Origin: an uncultured bacterium | Lineage (GTDB): Bacteria; Actinomycetota; Acidimicrobiia; Spongiisociales; UBA5794 | Length of the DNA stretch: 64,000 nt | Reading direction: 5' to 3' | Assembly (NCBI GenBank): GCA_963801165.1 | Contig: CAWDDT010000004.1 | Span: 1-64,000, forward strand | In this document: positions 17,689 through 27,610 of the stretch, in pieces | Layout of the letters: the number at the start of each line of letters is the position of its first letter | Position numbering within the stretch: the stretch's first letter is position 1 | Translations under genes and position numbers: made by a program | Notes under the pieces: model-generated | Told to the model about the DNA's origin: nothing | The model's database searches: none | What the model saw: the letters and a program-made list of their open reading frames with translations, nothing else

Positions 17689-18916
17689 CTAAGGGGCTCG
17701 GGCCGGATGGTGGAACTTGAAGTCCACCGTCGGCGGTTCGTTTGATGTCCCATCTGCTGTTGTGGATGAGGGTGTGGTGGCGGCGGCAGAGCAATATGAG
17801 GTTGTTGATGTTGGTTTCGCCGAGGGATTCGATCCATCCGTCGATGTGGTGGATGTCGCACCATTGGGGCTTGCGGTTGCAGCCGGGGAAGCGGCAGTGG
17901 CGGTCCCGAACGGTGACGGCTTGTCGTTGTGCTTTGGTGGGGAAGCGGGCGGAGCGGCCCATGTCGAGTATGAGCGACTTGCCGGCCATGATGAATCGGG
18001 TGAAGCGGGCATCGCAGCACATCTGGTCGAGGATGGTGCGGGTGACCGGTCCGATGCCTTCTATTTCGCAGCGGGCAACAGTCATGTCTGGTGTTTGTCC
18101 GAGGAGTGAGGCTAGGTCGATTAGGGCGATGACGTTGGGTGGGTTGCCGCCTGTGTTGCCGCCGTTGAGGTGCTGGTTGACGATGTCACAGAGCCCGTCG
18201 GCTCGGCGTTGGGATAGGGTGCGGGTACCGTCTGGTGTGTCTGTAGGGTCTGGTGGTGCGATGTGGTCGAGGGCACCAAGTAGTGCGGCTCCGGCTGTGG
18301 GGTCTAGGTAGAAGTCGCCGGTGACCCACCCGTCGAGGCCCACCGAGGCGTGTAGGTGTCTTCGTTCCCATTTCTGTGCGAATTCTTCCCTGGCGAGCTG
18401 GTCATCGGCTAACGCTGCCCACTGCCGCATCACCAGTGTGAAGTCTGTGAGTGGTAGCTGTTGGGCTTGTTCGATTAGGACTTTGGCGTGGTCTTGGAGG
18501 AGTGGTTCCCGGTCTGTTGAGACGACCCGGCTGATGGTGTCGACATGTGCGGTGGTGATAGTGCCTTTACTCAACGCCGCCGCCAGTGTGTGGTGTTCTC
18601 TGACGAGGCGGGCCTGCTTAACGAGTTTGCCGGCTTCGGTGTTGGTGACCGGTGCCCGATGGGTCAGCCACGCTCGTGGAGACAACGCTCCGTCTATTTC
18701 CCAGGCCCTGTCTCGGTCCCACTCGCCGGTGAGACGCAATACCTCGGCATCTAGCCGTTCTTGGATAGCCAGTAGCTCGAGAAGGCGTTCTGACAGCATG
18801 GTGCCGAGCCACCCCGCACGGTCCTCACCGGCCAGCTGGGTGGTGCCCATGCGGATCTGTGCGACGGGGTCACCGCTACCGATGATGGTGTCGCCAGTTT
18901 CTCTGCTATCGAACAT
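17689..18916 (-). CDS. DUF222 (13E12-repeat family) HNH endonuclease with an apparent +1 frameshift near the C-terminus (~17724)
   Basis: QRRADGL, LDMGRSAR, RDRHCRFPGC, CDIHHIDGW, NLILLCRRHHTLIH. Removing one G from GGTGGAC yields the compact end WDIKRTADGDFKFHHPARAP*. Confidence 0.85.
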
Positions 18917-18945
18917 ACGTTCGATACTACACGATGCCTAGGACA
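18909..18945 (-). promoter_or_regulatory. LexA SOS box plus a PafBC/RecA-NDp-like promoter of the DUF222 gene
   Basis: TCGAAC-ATAC-GTTCGA at 18909-18924 overlaps the ATG. Minus strand reads TGTCCT-N10-TAGTAT. Confidence 0.85.
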
Positions 18946-19018
18946 AGTCAAGAACCATGATCGAATAAATACGAGGCATCCCGCGGTTCGGCCTCCACAG
19001 CGCAGGTATCATCACACG

Positions 19019-19480
19019 ATGCCCCGGACCGACGCCGCTTCGCGAGTGATCGCTGCTACACCAGACCGGGTCTACGCAGCCTTCGTCGACCCGGAGGCGC
19101 TCATTAGTTGGCTGCCCCCCGATGGGATGACCGGCAGGTTCGAGCGGTTCGATGTGCGACCGGGCGGCTCCTACCGTCTGGTCCTGACCTACGCCGACGC
19201 CTCGGGCTCCCCGGGCAAGGCGACCACCGATTCCGACATCGTCGAGGCACGCTTTGTGGACGTCGTTCCCGACATTCGCGTGGTTCAAGCGGTGGAGTTT
19301 GTTTCCGACGACCCTGCCTTCGCCGGGACGATGACCATGACCTGGGAGGCCGCTGAAGTCGATGGCGGCACGCTGGTCACGTTCACCGCCGACACCGTGC
19401 CGGACGGCATCACGGCAGAGGATCATGAGGCGGGCCTCGCCTCCTCGCTGAGGAATCTGGCCGGCTATCTCGAGACGTAG
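19019..19480 (+). CDS. SRPBCC/AHSA1-like (START-fold) protein
   Basis: SRVIAATPDRVYAAFVDPEALISWLPPDGM, DVRPGGSYR, DHEAGLASSLRNL. Confidence 0.88.
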   Translation: MPRTDAASRVIAATPDRVYAAFVDPEALISWLPPDGMTGRFERFDVRPGGSYRLVLTYADASGSPGKATTDSDIVEARFVDVVPDIRVVQAVEFVSDDPAFAGTMTMTWEAAEVDGGTLVTFTADTVPDGITAEDHEAGLASSLRNLAGYLET

Positions 19481-19513
19481 CCCGGCCGATGCCTGGGTCC
19501 TAGTCTCCGTTCC

Positions 19514-20686
19514 GTGAGGCACATGCTCCTACGTCATGCTCTCGTGTGGATTCTCGGCGGTGCGCTGTTCCGTGTCGCCGTCGTTCCCGCGGAAGTGTGC
19601 CCGGCCGTCAGCCCGAATGCTGCCCACGAAGCGGCGGTGGCAGCGGGCGACTGGCTGGTGCGCAATATGGACGATGCGGGTGCGTTTCTCTACGGGTACG
19701 ACCGGGCCACGTCCGAGGTCAATCCCGGCTACAACATCGTCCGCCATGCCGGGGCTATGAACTCCCTCTACCAACTGGCGTCGGTTGGTGAGACCCGATT
19801 TCTCGAGCCGGCGGATCGGGCCTTGGGGTACTTGTTGGAGAGGACAATCGACCAGGACGGGTGGACAACGATCGCACCCGACGGCGGCCGGGCGAACTTG
19901 GGGACGGTCGGTTTCACAGTGGTGGCTCTGACACGGCGGCGTGCCCTCACCGGCGACACCGGCTTCGACGAGCTGATGCGGGCGCTCGGCAGCTTCATCC
20001 TGGAGCAACAGGAGCCTGATGGTTCGATCCTGAATGCCTGGAACCAGGCCACCGCGCAGCCCTACCCGGGCGAGTATGAGAGATTCAGCACGGGTGAGGC
20101 GGTATGGGCCCTCGTCGAGCTGGACAACACGTTCCCCGGGGAAGGATGGTGGGAGGCGGCGGAACTCACGTTGCATTACCTTGCGGACGGCTCACGGGCC
20201 GAGAAGGAAGGGTACTGGACCCGGCTCCCGGATCACTGGGCGGCATACGCGCTGGCCGCCGCCGGGCCGGAGCGCCTCGACGATGGGTTGATCGGCTATG
20301 CCGAACGTCTCGCCGGGTACTTCTCGGCGCGGCTTCGTGTCGAAGCGCAGCGGACCGGTACCCCCCTCAGCATCGCAGTGCGCGGATTCCCTGCTCTGCC
20401 GTCGGGGATCGGCACCGCGGCCGAGGGCATGGCGGCCCTGTACCGGCTGGCGGGCGAAGACCCGCGCCTCGCCTCGATACGACCGGACATGGAGTCGCGA
20501 CTCGAGTGCAACGCAGGCTTGATGGTGCAACGTCAAGTAAAGCCCGACGAGGCTTCCGCCGGGACGGATCGCGGCTTGGTGGAAGGGGCATGGTTCTACC
20601 GTTCCTACACACAGGTGGATTTCCAGCAACACGTTCTGTCGGGGTTGTTGGGAGCCGAGCAGGCGATGCGAGGAGATGACACATGA
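19514..20686 (+). CDS. Hypothetical membrane-anchored protein, probable (alpha/alpha)-barrel fold
   Basis: Hydrophobic N-terminus; GAFLYGYD, YNIVRHAG, QQEPDGS, GEAVWAL, DHW, QVDFQQH motifs. Confidence 0.6.
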   Translation: MRHMLLRHALVWILGGALFRVAVVPAEVCPAVSPNAAHEAAVAAGDWLVRNMDDAGAFLYGYDRATSEVNPGYNIVRHAGAMNSLYQLASVGETRFLEPADRALGYLLERTIDQDGWTTIAPDGGRANLGTVGFTVVALTRRRALTGDTGFDELMRALGSFILEQQEPDGSILNAWNQATAQPYPGEYERFSTGEAVWALVELDNTFPGEGWWEAAELTLHYLADGSRAEKEGYWTRLPDHWAAYALAAAGPERLDDGLIGYAERLAGYFSARLRVEAQRTGTPLSIAVRGFPALPSGIGTAAEGMAALYRLAGEDPRLASIRPDMESRLECNAGLMVQRQVKPDEASAGTDRGLVEGAWFYRSYTQVDFQQHVLSGLLGAEQAMRGDDT

Positions 20687-21219
20687 GCGGATGGTTCGTC
20701 TTCCTCGTCCTGGTGGCTGCGACCAACCCGCCCCGGCTGCGGCCCTACGTAGACGTGCGGACACGACCCGCGCAGACTCTGTCCGCGGCTCTGATCGTGC
20801 TTGGCGCCGGAGCCCTGCTGATCGGTGTCGCCGCCGGTCTTCTCGATGCGCTCGAGATCACTGTCGAGACCTGGCACCTGGGCGCAGGGGTGGTCGGCGT
20901 GCTGGTCGGGGCGCGGGTGCTGGTCGCTCCCGGACTCACCGGCATCGAGGTACCCGACGGGTGGGCGGCCGCGGTGGCGCCGTTTGTGTTCCCCCTGCTG
21001 TTCACGCCACAGCTGGCAGCGTTGCTGGTCCTGCTCGGCACCACCGGGTCGAAGACAGCGTCCATTGGCTGGCTGGCGATAGCGCTTGCAGCGACCATCG
21101 GTGTCTGCGGGGTGCCCCACCGCCGGCCCGGTCTGTGGTCGGCGACCGCCCGTTTCCTGGGGGCCGTGCTGGTGATCCTGTCGGTCGCTCTGGTGGTCGC
21201 GGGTATCCGCGACGTGTGA
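20683..21219 (+). CDS. MarC-like membrane protein
   Basis: AATNP near the N-terminus, APFVFPLL, about 6 TM segments; overlaps the upstream stop. Confidence 0.65.
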   Translation: MSGWFVFLVLVAATNPPRLRPYVDVRTRPAQTLSAALIVLGAGALLIGVAAGLLDALEITVETWHLGAGVVGVLVGARVLVAPGLTGIEVPDGWAAAVAPFVFPLLFTPQLAALLVLLGTTGSKTASIGWLAIALAATIGVCGVPHRRPGLWSATARFLGAVLVILSVALVVAGIRDV

Positions 21220-21266
21220 CGTGCCCGGTCCGTAGGCTCGGGTGAAGCCGAGACGTGGAGGTAGCG

Positions 21267-21563
21267 ATGATCGTGCGGACCTGGCGAGGCTGGACTCGTC
21301 CCGAGGACACAGAGGAGTACGCCGGGTACATCCGCGATACCGGCTTAGCCGAATACTCCGCGACGCCCGGGAACCAGGGCGCATACATCATCAGCCGACC
21401 GGATGGTGACCGCACCGAGTTCATGACGATCAGCTTCTGGGAGAGCCGCGACTCGATTGCCGCCTTCGCCGGTGAGGACATCGACCGTGCGGTGTTCTAT
21501 CCCGAGGACGATCGGTACCTCGTCGATCGGGAGACGACGGTCAAGCACTACAGGGTGCACTGA
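21267..21563 (+). CDS. ABM/dimeric alpha-beta barrel family protein
   Basis: MIVRTWRG, TPGNQGAY, ISFWESRDSIAAFAGED, AVFYPED. Confidence 0.8.
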   Translation: MIVRTWRGWTRPEDTEEYAGYIRDTGLAEYSATPGNQGAYIISRPDGDRTEFMTISFWESRDSIAAFAGEDIDRAVFYPEDDRYLVDRETTVKHYRVH

Positions 21564-21642
21564 TCCGGCGATCACGACCGCCAGTAGACGCCGCGGTCCT
21601 CATCCACATCAACCGGCTGCGTAGTTCCCGGACCGCCTTGCT

Positions 21643-22293
21643 TCAGGTGCTCAGGGCGATTGCGACTGTATCGACGTTCGCTGCACCGTCGATCGGTTCG
21701 GTGAAGCGAACTCCGTCGGCTAGCTGGAGGTCAAGCGCCTCCTCGGCGTCCTTGGAGATCAGCAGGTATGCCGGTGAACCGACGTTGCCGGCCGCAGCGT
21801 TCTTCATCAGCCGGTGCGCAACCGTGACGTCGGGTCCCAGTACCTCCACTTGCGATCCGATGGCCTGCACGACGTAGCTCCCATAGTGAAGAACGAACTT
21901 CAGGTCCAAGGAGTTCATGACCGCACAGGCGTTGCACGTGCAGGTCCATGTCAATCCAGCCTCGTCCACCCGGCTCACGAACTCTTTGTAGCAGTCGGTG
22001 ATGCAAGCAAGGAGGTCACGACCCTTCGGCGCTGAGCCCGTGTCGGCGACAGTGAATACCGCATCACCTTCGAACTTGACGAACGTGAAAGGGGGAGCGA
22101 CCTTTTCGACGATACCGCCCAGCAGACTCGACAGCAGCCCATACGCATATGGGATCTGACCATCGGCAAAGGCATCGTCGGCGTGGGCAAGCTTCACGTT
22201 TTCCAAGAAGGCGGTATACCCGGAGATATCCGCCAACAGAATCGCGCCCTCATGCCGCCCCGGGGATAGATCCGCGTCCAATGCCGCCTCCAC
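21643..22293 (-). CDS. DUF2652 family protein (class III nucleotide cyclase-like fold)
   Basis: LADISGYTAF, KFEGDAVF, CTCNAC, LDLKFVLHYG, GPDVTVAHRLMKN. Confidence 0.8.
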   Translation of the reverse strand: MEAALDADLSPGRHEGAILLADISGYTAFLENVKLAHADDAFADGQIPYAYGLLSSLLGGIVEKVAPPFTFVKFEGDAVFTVADTGSAPKGRDLLACITDCYKEFVSRVDEAGLTWTCTCNACAVMNSLDLKFVLHYGSYVVQAIGSQVEVLGPDVTVAHRLMKNAAAGNVGSPAYLLISKDAEEALDLQLADGVRFTEPIDGAANVDTVAIALST

Positions 22294-22389
22294 GTAGAAG
22301 CCGCATGCTACCCACGCTGGCCACGCCCGCCCTTGTTGAGGAGGGCCAAGGCCCGGGGATGCCTGAGCCCAGCATCCTTACTCCGGCAA

Positions 22390-22977
22390 CTAGCCCCCCG
22401 GCGGGTGCCTGCGTGGCTCGAACGACTCCATGATTATGCGGGCCATCTCTTGATACGTGTCATCGCGCCAATCCCCCATCCGCTCGGCCATCTCCGGAGG
22501 CAACCCCCTTTCCCCCGACGGGATTGTGGGAACGCTGAAGATGGCGAAACCAAACGCCAGCGCCACGAGTGACTGCATGAGTTCGACGGCGGCGTCGAGG
22601 TCGAACCCGATCTCCATGAGGAAGACCAAGCCGTCCTCCATGCCGTTCTCGAGCCGCCAGCCCGCAAGACTCATCATGTTGGGGTGAGCCGTCAGCACCC
22701 GCCGGTACTCCACGAGAACCTCCTCCAGGAACTCCTTCCAGTCCCCGGAGGGGTCGCCCGTAACGCGCATCTCGGACCGCATACATCCGATGACGCCGTC
22801 GATCAGCGCCTCCTTGTCCGCGATGTGGTGGTACAGCGACGCGGCCTCTACACCGAGGTCGAAGGCGAGCCTGCGCATCGAGAGCGCATCCAGTCCGTCG
22901 CTATCGATGATGCCGAGAGCCCGCTTGAAGATGAGGTCCGGTGTCAGCGGCGCTCTCTTCGACCGCGGCTTTCCCAT
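22390..22977 (-). CDS. TetR family transcriptional regulator
   Basis: GLDALSMRRLAFDLGVEAASLYHHIADKEAL. Confidence 0.92.
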   Translation of the reverse strand: MGKPRSKRAPLTPDLIFKRALGIIDSDGLDALSMRRLAFDLGVEAASLYHHIADKEALIDGVIGCMRSEMRVTGDPSGDWKEFLEEVLVEYRRVLTAHPNMMSLAGWRLENGMEDGLVFLMEIGFDLDAAVELMQSLVALAFGFAIFSVPTIPSGERGLPPEMAERMGDWRDDTYQEMARIIMESFEPRRHPPGG

Positions 22978-22995
22978 CGTCTTCTCCTTTGCGAC

Positions 22996-23053
22996 TTGAC
23001 CCTAACAATGTTAGGTGCGACAATGTCGACAATCGACCCTAACAACGTTAGGT
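22996..23053. promoter_or_regulatory. Two TetR operators CCTAACAAYGTTAGG overlapping a TTGACC-N17-GACAAT promoter
   Basis: Palindromes at 23001-23015 and 23038-23052 differ by one base. Confidence 0.85.
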
Positions 23054-23086
23054 ACGTCACAGCGCCCGCTCAGGAGGAACCCGCCA

Positions 23087-23473
23087 ATGAGATCCGCGGC
23101 CGGAGCATTCATCATTCTCCATGGACTCGTGCACGCGATGTACCTGGGCCAGGCCCTCCAATGGTTTGAATTGCGCGAGGGCATGGCCTGGCCCGTTGGC
23201 GCACGGTTCCTGCCCTCCGGGATCTCCGACGGCGTGTTGCGCACTTCCACTGCAATCGCCATTGGGATCGCAGCGGCCGCGCTCGTGGCCGGCGGCGTGG
23301 GCATTCTCCTGGACGCTAGATGGGGGGGTAGCGTAACCGTCACCGCAGCGATTGTCGTGTCCCTCCTGCACGTCCTGCTGTGGGATGGCGACATAAAGAC
23401 CTCGCCTGATCAGGGTCTCTACGGCATCATCATCAACGTCGTCATTGTCGCCTGGATCCTCGCGGCACGCTAA
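23087..23473 (+). CDS. 4-TM membrane protein (probable TetR target)
   Basis: SD AGGAGG; HGLVH motif; hydrophobic segments. Confidence 0.75.
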   Translation: MRSAAGAFIILHGLVHAMYLGQALQWFELREGMAWPVGARFLPSGISDGVLRTSTAIAIGIAAAALVAGGVGILLDARWGGSVTVTAAIVVSLLHVLLWDGDIKTSPDQGLYGIIINVVIVAWILAAR

Positions 23474-23545
23474 AGACCCCATGGGAGGTGTCGGCGCGAC
23501 GAGTGCGGTGCCGTCCGCGCCGGTTCGGCGCCACTGACCTCCCCG

Positions 23546-25423
23546 TTACAAGCCCAGCGCCCTCGAGAGGAATGCTGCCATCTGGCCGCGGGTGACCGGG
23601 TTGGTGGGGCAGAAGCGGTCGTTGACCGGGGGGTTGCAGCCCTTGGTGATCCCTGCGGTCGCCAGTTTCTCGATGTCGACCTCGAAGACGGAGTTGTCGT
23701 CGTCGACGAAGCCGGGTGACGTGTTGGCGGTGAGGCCGAGTGCTCGTACCAGGAACGCGGCCATCTGTTCCCTGGTGACGTTGGCAGTTGGGCAGTACTT
23801 GTCGTTGACCGGTGGGTTGCAGCCCCTGGTGATCCCTGCGGCGGCGAGGGCTTCGATGTTGGCTTCGAACACGGAGCCGTTGTCGTCGACAAAGTCCGTC
23901 GAGCCCGACGCCGTCAGGTCGAGGGCACGGACCAGGAACGCTGCCATCTGGCCCCGGGTCACCGTGTCGTCGGGACAGAACATGTCGTTGACCGGTGGGT
24001 TGCAGCCTTTGGTGATCCCGGCGTCGGCGATCTTCTCGATGTCGGGCTCGAATACCGACCCGTCGTCGTCGACAAATGTGCCATGGCCAAGTGGGTCGGT
24101 GTCGAGCATCCGCAGAAAGAGATGCTGGTACGCGGTGGTGCCGCCCGGGATCAGGTTTGTGGACTTGCTCTCCAATACGAAGCGGGCGCCATCGGGTGCC
24201 CAGGCGAGGAATCGGGACGCACGGTCACCCTGTACACCCGAAGCGTCCGTCGAGACCCGAATCGTCTCGTCGGTGACCAGGTCCTTGATGAAGGCGTCCG
24301 CATAGCCGTTCGTGTCGTTGCCAACCAGGTCGTCCGCACTGCTGTAGAAGGCGAGATGCTCGCCATCGGATGACCAGGCAGGGCCGTAGGACGAGTTGTG
24401 AGCACCGCCACCGTCGCTCCTTGTCGATGCCCGGGTGACCAGGCCGGTCGGGAGGTCCTTGACGAAGACGTCCCACACTCCGTTGGTGTCGTTGGGGACG
24501 AGGTTGATTGCGGGGCTCGCAAAGGCGATACGGGTGCCGTCCGGCGACCAGAACGGCCCGCCGATCTCGGCGGTCGATCCCGCCCCGACTTCGAACTCGG
24601 TCTGGCCGCCCTGGCTCGTTGTCGAGACGCGGGTGATCACACCCGAGGCGAGGTTTTTGACGAATATGTCGGCCTGATCATTCGTATCGCCCGCCACGAG
24701 ATTGCTGGCTTCGCTCCAGAAGGCGATCCGGGTTCCGTCCGGTGACCAGGCCGGTGCCCCGGAGTCACCGTTGCCGGGCGTTCCTCCGAGGGCCGAAACC
24801 ACGGTGATCGCACCGGTGGTGAGGTTCTTGACGAACACGTCATCGGACGCATTGGTATCTGCGGCGGCGAGGTTCGCCGCGGAACTGGTGAACACGATGC
24901 TGCTGCCATCCGGCGACCACCGCGGTTCCAACGAGTACCCGTCTGCCTGGGCTCCGCTACTCGTGGTCGAGATGCGGGTCAGGGCGTCGGTCGCCAGGTC
25001 TTTTACAAACACGTCGGGCTGATTGTTGGCGTCCCCGGTGACGAGTGTGGTTGCGTAGCTGTAGAACGCGATCTTCGTTCCATCTGGTGACCAACGCGGG
25101 GTGAACGAGTAGAGGTTCCCCTCACCGCCGGAGCTCGATTCGGACACACGGGTCACCACGCCGGTATCGATGTTCTTCATGAACACGTCGGACGTTCCGT
25201 TCGTGTCGCCCGCGACGAGGTTCGACGCCCAGCTACTGAATGCAACCATCTCTCCGTTCGGTGACCACTCGGGGTAGCCGGAATCGCCGTTGCCCTGTGT
25301 TCCCCCGACGGATGTCGAGATCACCTCGACCTGGCCTTCGAGACCGACTGCCAAAGCCGGAGCCGTCCCCGCGACAAACAGCAGCACTATCAGGGCCAAG
25401 AGCAGGGGAGTCGAGCGCCGCAT
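23546..25423 (-). CDS. Secreted TolB-like beta-propeller (PD40 repeat) protein with three C-terminal SLH-like repeats
   Basis: Signal peptide; repeated WSPDG..IAF.S.A.NLV.GDTN...DVFVKD units; GITKGCNPP...VTRGQMAAFL three times. Confidence 0.88.
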   Translation of the reverse strand: MRRSTPLLLALIVLLFVAGTAPALAVGLEGQVEVISTSVGGTQGNGDSGYPEWSPNGEMVAFSSWASNLVAGDTNGTSDVFMKNIDTGVVTRVSESSSGGEGNLYSFTPRWSPDGTKIAFYSYATTLVTGDANNQPDVFVKDLATDALTRISTTSSGAQADGYSLEPRWSPDGSSIVFTSSAANLAAADTNASDDVFVKNLTTGAITVVSALGGTPGNGDSGAPAWSPDGTRIAFWSEASNLVAGDTNDQADIFVKNLASGVITRVSTTSQGGQTEFEVGAGSTAEIGGPFWSPDGTRIAFASPAINLVPNDTNGVWDVFVKDLPTGLVTRASTRSDGGGAHNSSYGPAWSSDGEHLAFYSSADDLVGNDTNGYADAFIKDLVTDETIRVSTDASGVQGDRASRFLAWAPDGARFVLESKSTNLIPGGTTAYQHLFLRMLDTDPLGHGTFVDDDGSVFEPDIEKIADAGITKGCNPPVNDMFCPDDTVTRGQMAAFLVRALDLTASGSTDFVDDNGSVFEANIEALAAAGITRGCNPPVNDKYCPTANVTREQMAAFLVRALGLTANTSPGFVDDDNSVFEVDIEKLATAGITKGCNPPVNDRFCPTNPVTRGQMAAFLSRALGL

Positions 25424-26036
25424 TGTGTGTCCCTTCGACAGTGCGTGGCGAGCGGTGGTCACTCTAGGACCTCCGGCGGGTGTGACCCGGCGTGGCCGCT
25501 ACAGCCCGAGCGCCCTCGAGAGGAATGCTGCCATCTGGCCGCGGGTGACCGGGTTGGTGGGGCAGAAGCGGTCGTTGACCGGGGGGTTGCAGCCCTTGGT
25601 GATGCCTGCGGTGGCCAGTTTCTCGATGTCCGTCTGGAAGATGGAGTTGGTGGTGTCGACGAAGCCGGGTGAGGTGTTGGCGGTCAGACCCAACCCGCGT
25701 ACCAGGAATGCCGCCATCTGTTCCCTGGTGACGTTGGCAGTTGGGCAGTACTTGTCGTTGACCGGTGGGTTGCAGCCCCTGGTGATCCCTGCTGCGGCGA
25801 GGGCTTCGATGTTGGCTTCGAACACCGATCCGTCGTCGTCGGTGAAGGCGCCGGGTGTGCCAGGTGGGAGGTCGAGGGCACGTACCAGGAACGCTGCCAT
25901 CTGGCCCCGGGTCACCGTGTCGGCGGGGCAGTACTTGTCGTTGACCGGTGGGTTGCAGCCTTTGGTGATCCCGGCGTAGGCGATCTTCTCGATGTCGGGC
26001 TCGAATACCGACCCGTCGTCGTCAATGAACGTGCCG
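23549..26036 (-). repeat. Near-identical SLH-cassette DNA at the 3' ends of two adjacent genes (~23549-24080 and ~25502-26036)
   Basis: Long identical blocks, e.g. agcgccctcgagaggaatgctgccatctggccgcgggtgaccgggttggtggggcagaagcggtcgttgacc... starting at 23556 and 25509. Confidence 0.9.
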
Positions 26037-27610
26037 CTGGTGGGAGCGCACGGGGCGCCGGTCATCGGGCCGATGTAGCTCCTGGCGATCACCACGTTGT
26101 CGATGTAAAGGCTGATGTCGTGGTCGGGAACGTCGGTGCCGCCGTGGTAGAAGTCGAGCCAGATCTGCTCGATCTTCAGACTGTCGACGTCACGCCACCG
26201 CCAGTTGGTCTGCCGGTAGGCGAGTCGGCCGTCGATCCAGGTCTCGAGGATTCCGTCGTTGACGCCCGGTGTGTTCAGCACTAGATGCTGCTCGATGCTG
26301 TACCAGCGGTCCTTCTCGAGATAGCCGAGGTACCCGTCCTGCCACAGCACGTTGTCGCCGTACTGCGTCGGCTGTTCGGCGTGGTAGACGTAACTGCCCA
26401 CCGGGACCGTGTCGTCGAGCGGGTTGCCGCTACCGGTCACCGTCGGCTGGTAGAGACCGCGCGCCGACCATCCGTTGGTTCCGTCAGATTGCCGGCCACC
26501 CCACCCAGCGATGCCGTAGGTGCCTGAGATACCTGGGAACTTGCCGCCGTAGGTGGGATCCCAGCTCTGATCGATGCGCAGGTAGTAGCGGAAGTAGATC
26601 TCCTCCGGCTCAGATCCCGTCTGGTCGGCGAACTTGTAGGCGGCGCTCATCCCGGTGTTCTCCCCGGCAGGAATCGTGACCTTCAGCGCCGGGCCGTCGA
26701 GTGGCTCGAATCCAGGCGCCGACGAGACCAGCGCCACGTTGGGGGAGTCTGCGTTGGCATACACGTCGCCCCACGAAGTGTCGGTGAACGTCGTGTACAC
26801 GTACACGTCCCGGTTGCCTCCGATCCCGGCATCGCCGTTGTAGCCGTGGGCCAGTCCGTTGCGGGCCGCAGGGAGCGAGCCCGGGTCGTGGAACACCCGG
26901 AACACGCCAACCTCTAGGGCCGAGCTTCCGTACTCGGCGTAGCTCCACAGCTGCAGGGTGGCGGAGTTGACGGTCGCTCCCGCCGGGAGCGCCGAAAGGT
27001 CGAAGCGGATAAGCGTCGGGTTCTCCGAGATGCGCAGCCGGGTTTCGTCGCCGAAGCCCTGATAGGTCGAACTGTCGAGATGGGTGTCTGCCTCTGGCTC
27101 GAGCGTGACCGTTCCCGTCGACGTGTTGACTGTGAGCTTGGGCCGCTCGGCGGAGACGGGGTGTTCCTTGCTGTAGAAGTCGAAGGGGCCTGCGCCGCCG
27201 ACCTGACGCAACATGAACCCCTGGTTGGGGGTGCCGCTCAGCCACTCCCGAACCAGCGACGTCACGTTCCACGTGTGCGGTCCCGGGGTGTCATCGTCGG
27301 GAAGGGAAGCGGTGGCGTAGGCGACGCTGCCCTGGGGTGTGCCGTTGACGTCGGCCCAGTCGCCCATGAAGTTGTCCCATGCCAGCTGGGCGGCCCGGTT
27401 GTAGAAGTCACGGGTGGCTCCGTCGTCGAGCGCCATCGTGCCCTCCACCCACTGCGCCCTTGGGTCGTCGGGTGTCAGTGTCGGCGCCGGGCAGGCGGTG
27501 TCGGCCAGGGCCGGTGCAGCCACCGAAGAGTCGACGAGCGAAGGGAGAACGGCGACAAGCACACCGAAAACCACCGCCAGGGATGTCCGACGGCCTGTCG
27601 TGAAACGCAT
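25499..27610 (-). CDS. Secreted DNRLRE-like + polysaccharide-lyase-like protein with three C-terminal SLH-like repeats
   Basis: WNVTSLVREW, FYSKE...RPKL, LIRFDLS, SATLQL; EEIYFRYY, GGKFPG, GWSAR, DGILETWIDG, FYHGG, YIDNVVI; SLH cassette. Confidence 0.75.
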   Translation of the reverse strand: MRFTTGRRTSLAVVFGVLVAVLPSLVDSSVAAPALADTACPAPTLTPDDPRAQWVEGTMALDDGATRDFYNRAAQLAWDNFMGDWADVNGTPQGSVAYATASLPDDDTPGPHTWNVTSLVREWLSGTPNQGFMLRQVGGAGPFDFYSKEHPVSAERPKLTVNTSTGTVTLEPEADTHLDSSTYQGFGDETRLRISENPTLIRFDLSALPAGATVNSATLQLWSYAEYGSSALEVGVFRVFHDPGSLPAARNGLAHGYNGDAGIGGNRDVYVYTTFTDTSWGDVYANADSPNVALVSSAPGFEPLDGPALKVTIPAGENTGMSAAYKFADQTGSEPEEIYFRYYLRIDQSWDPTYGGKFPGISGTYGIAGWGGRQSDGTNGWSARGLYQPTVTGSGNPLDDTVPVGSYVYHAEQPTQYGDNVLWQDGYLGYLEKDRWYSIEQHLVLNTPGVNDGILETWIDGRLAYRQTNWRWRDVDSLKIEQIWLDFYHGGTDVPDHDISLYIDNVVIARSYIGPMTGAPCAPTSGTFIDDDGSVFEPDIEKIAYAGITKGCNPPVNDKYCPADTVTRGQMAAFLVRALDLPPGTPGAFTDDDGSVFEANIEALAAAGITRGCNPPVNDKYCPTANVTREQMAAFLVRGLGLTANTSPGFVDTTNSIFQTDIEKLATAGITKGCNPPVNDRFCPTNPVTRGQMAAFLSRALGL

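Noticed and set aside
23546-25300. Repeats considered as a CRISPR array or a DGR template/variable pair
   Set aside because: They are in-frame protein repeats (PD40, SLH) with no spacer structure, no adenine-specific differences that I could see, and no cas or reverse transcriptase gene in the window.
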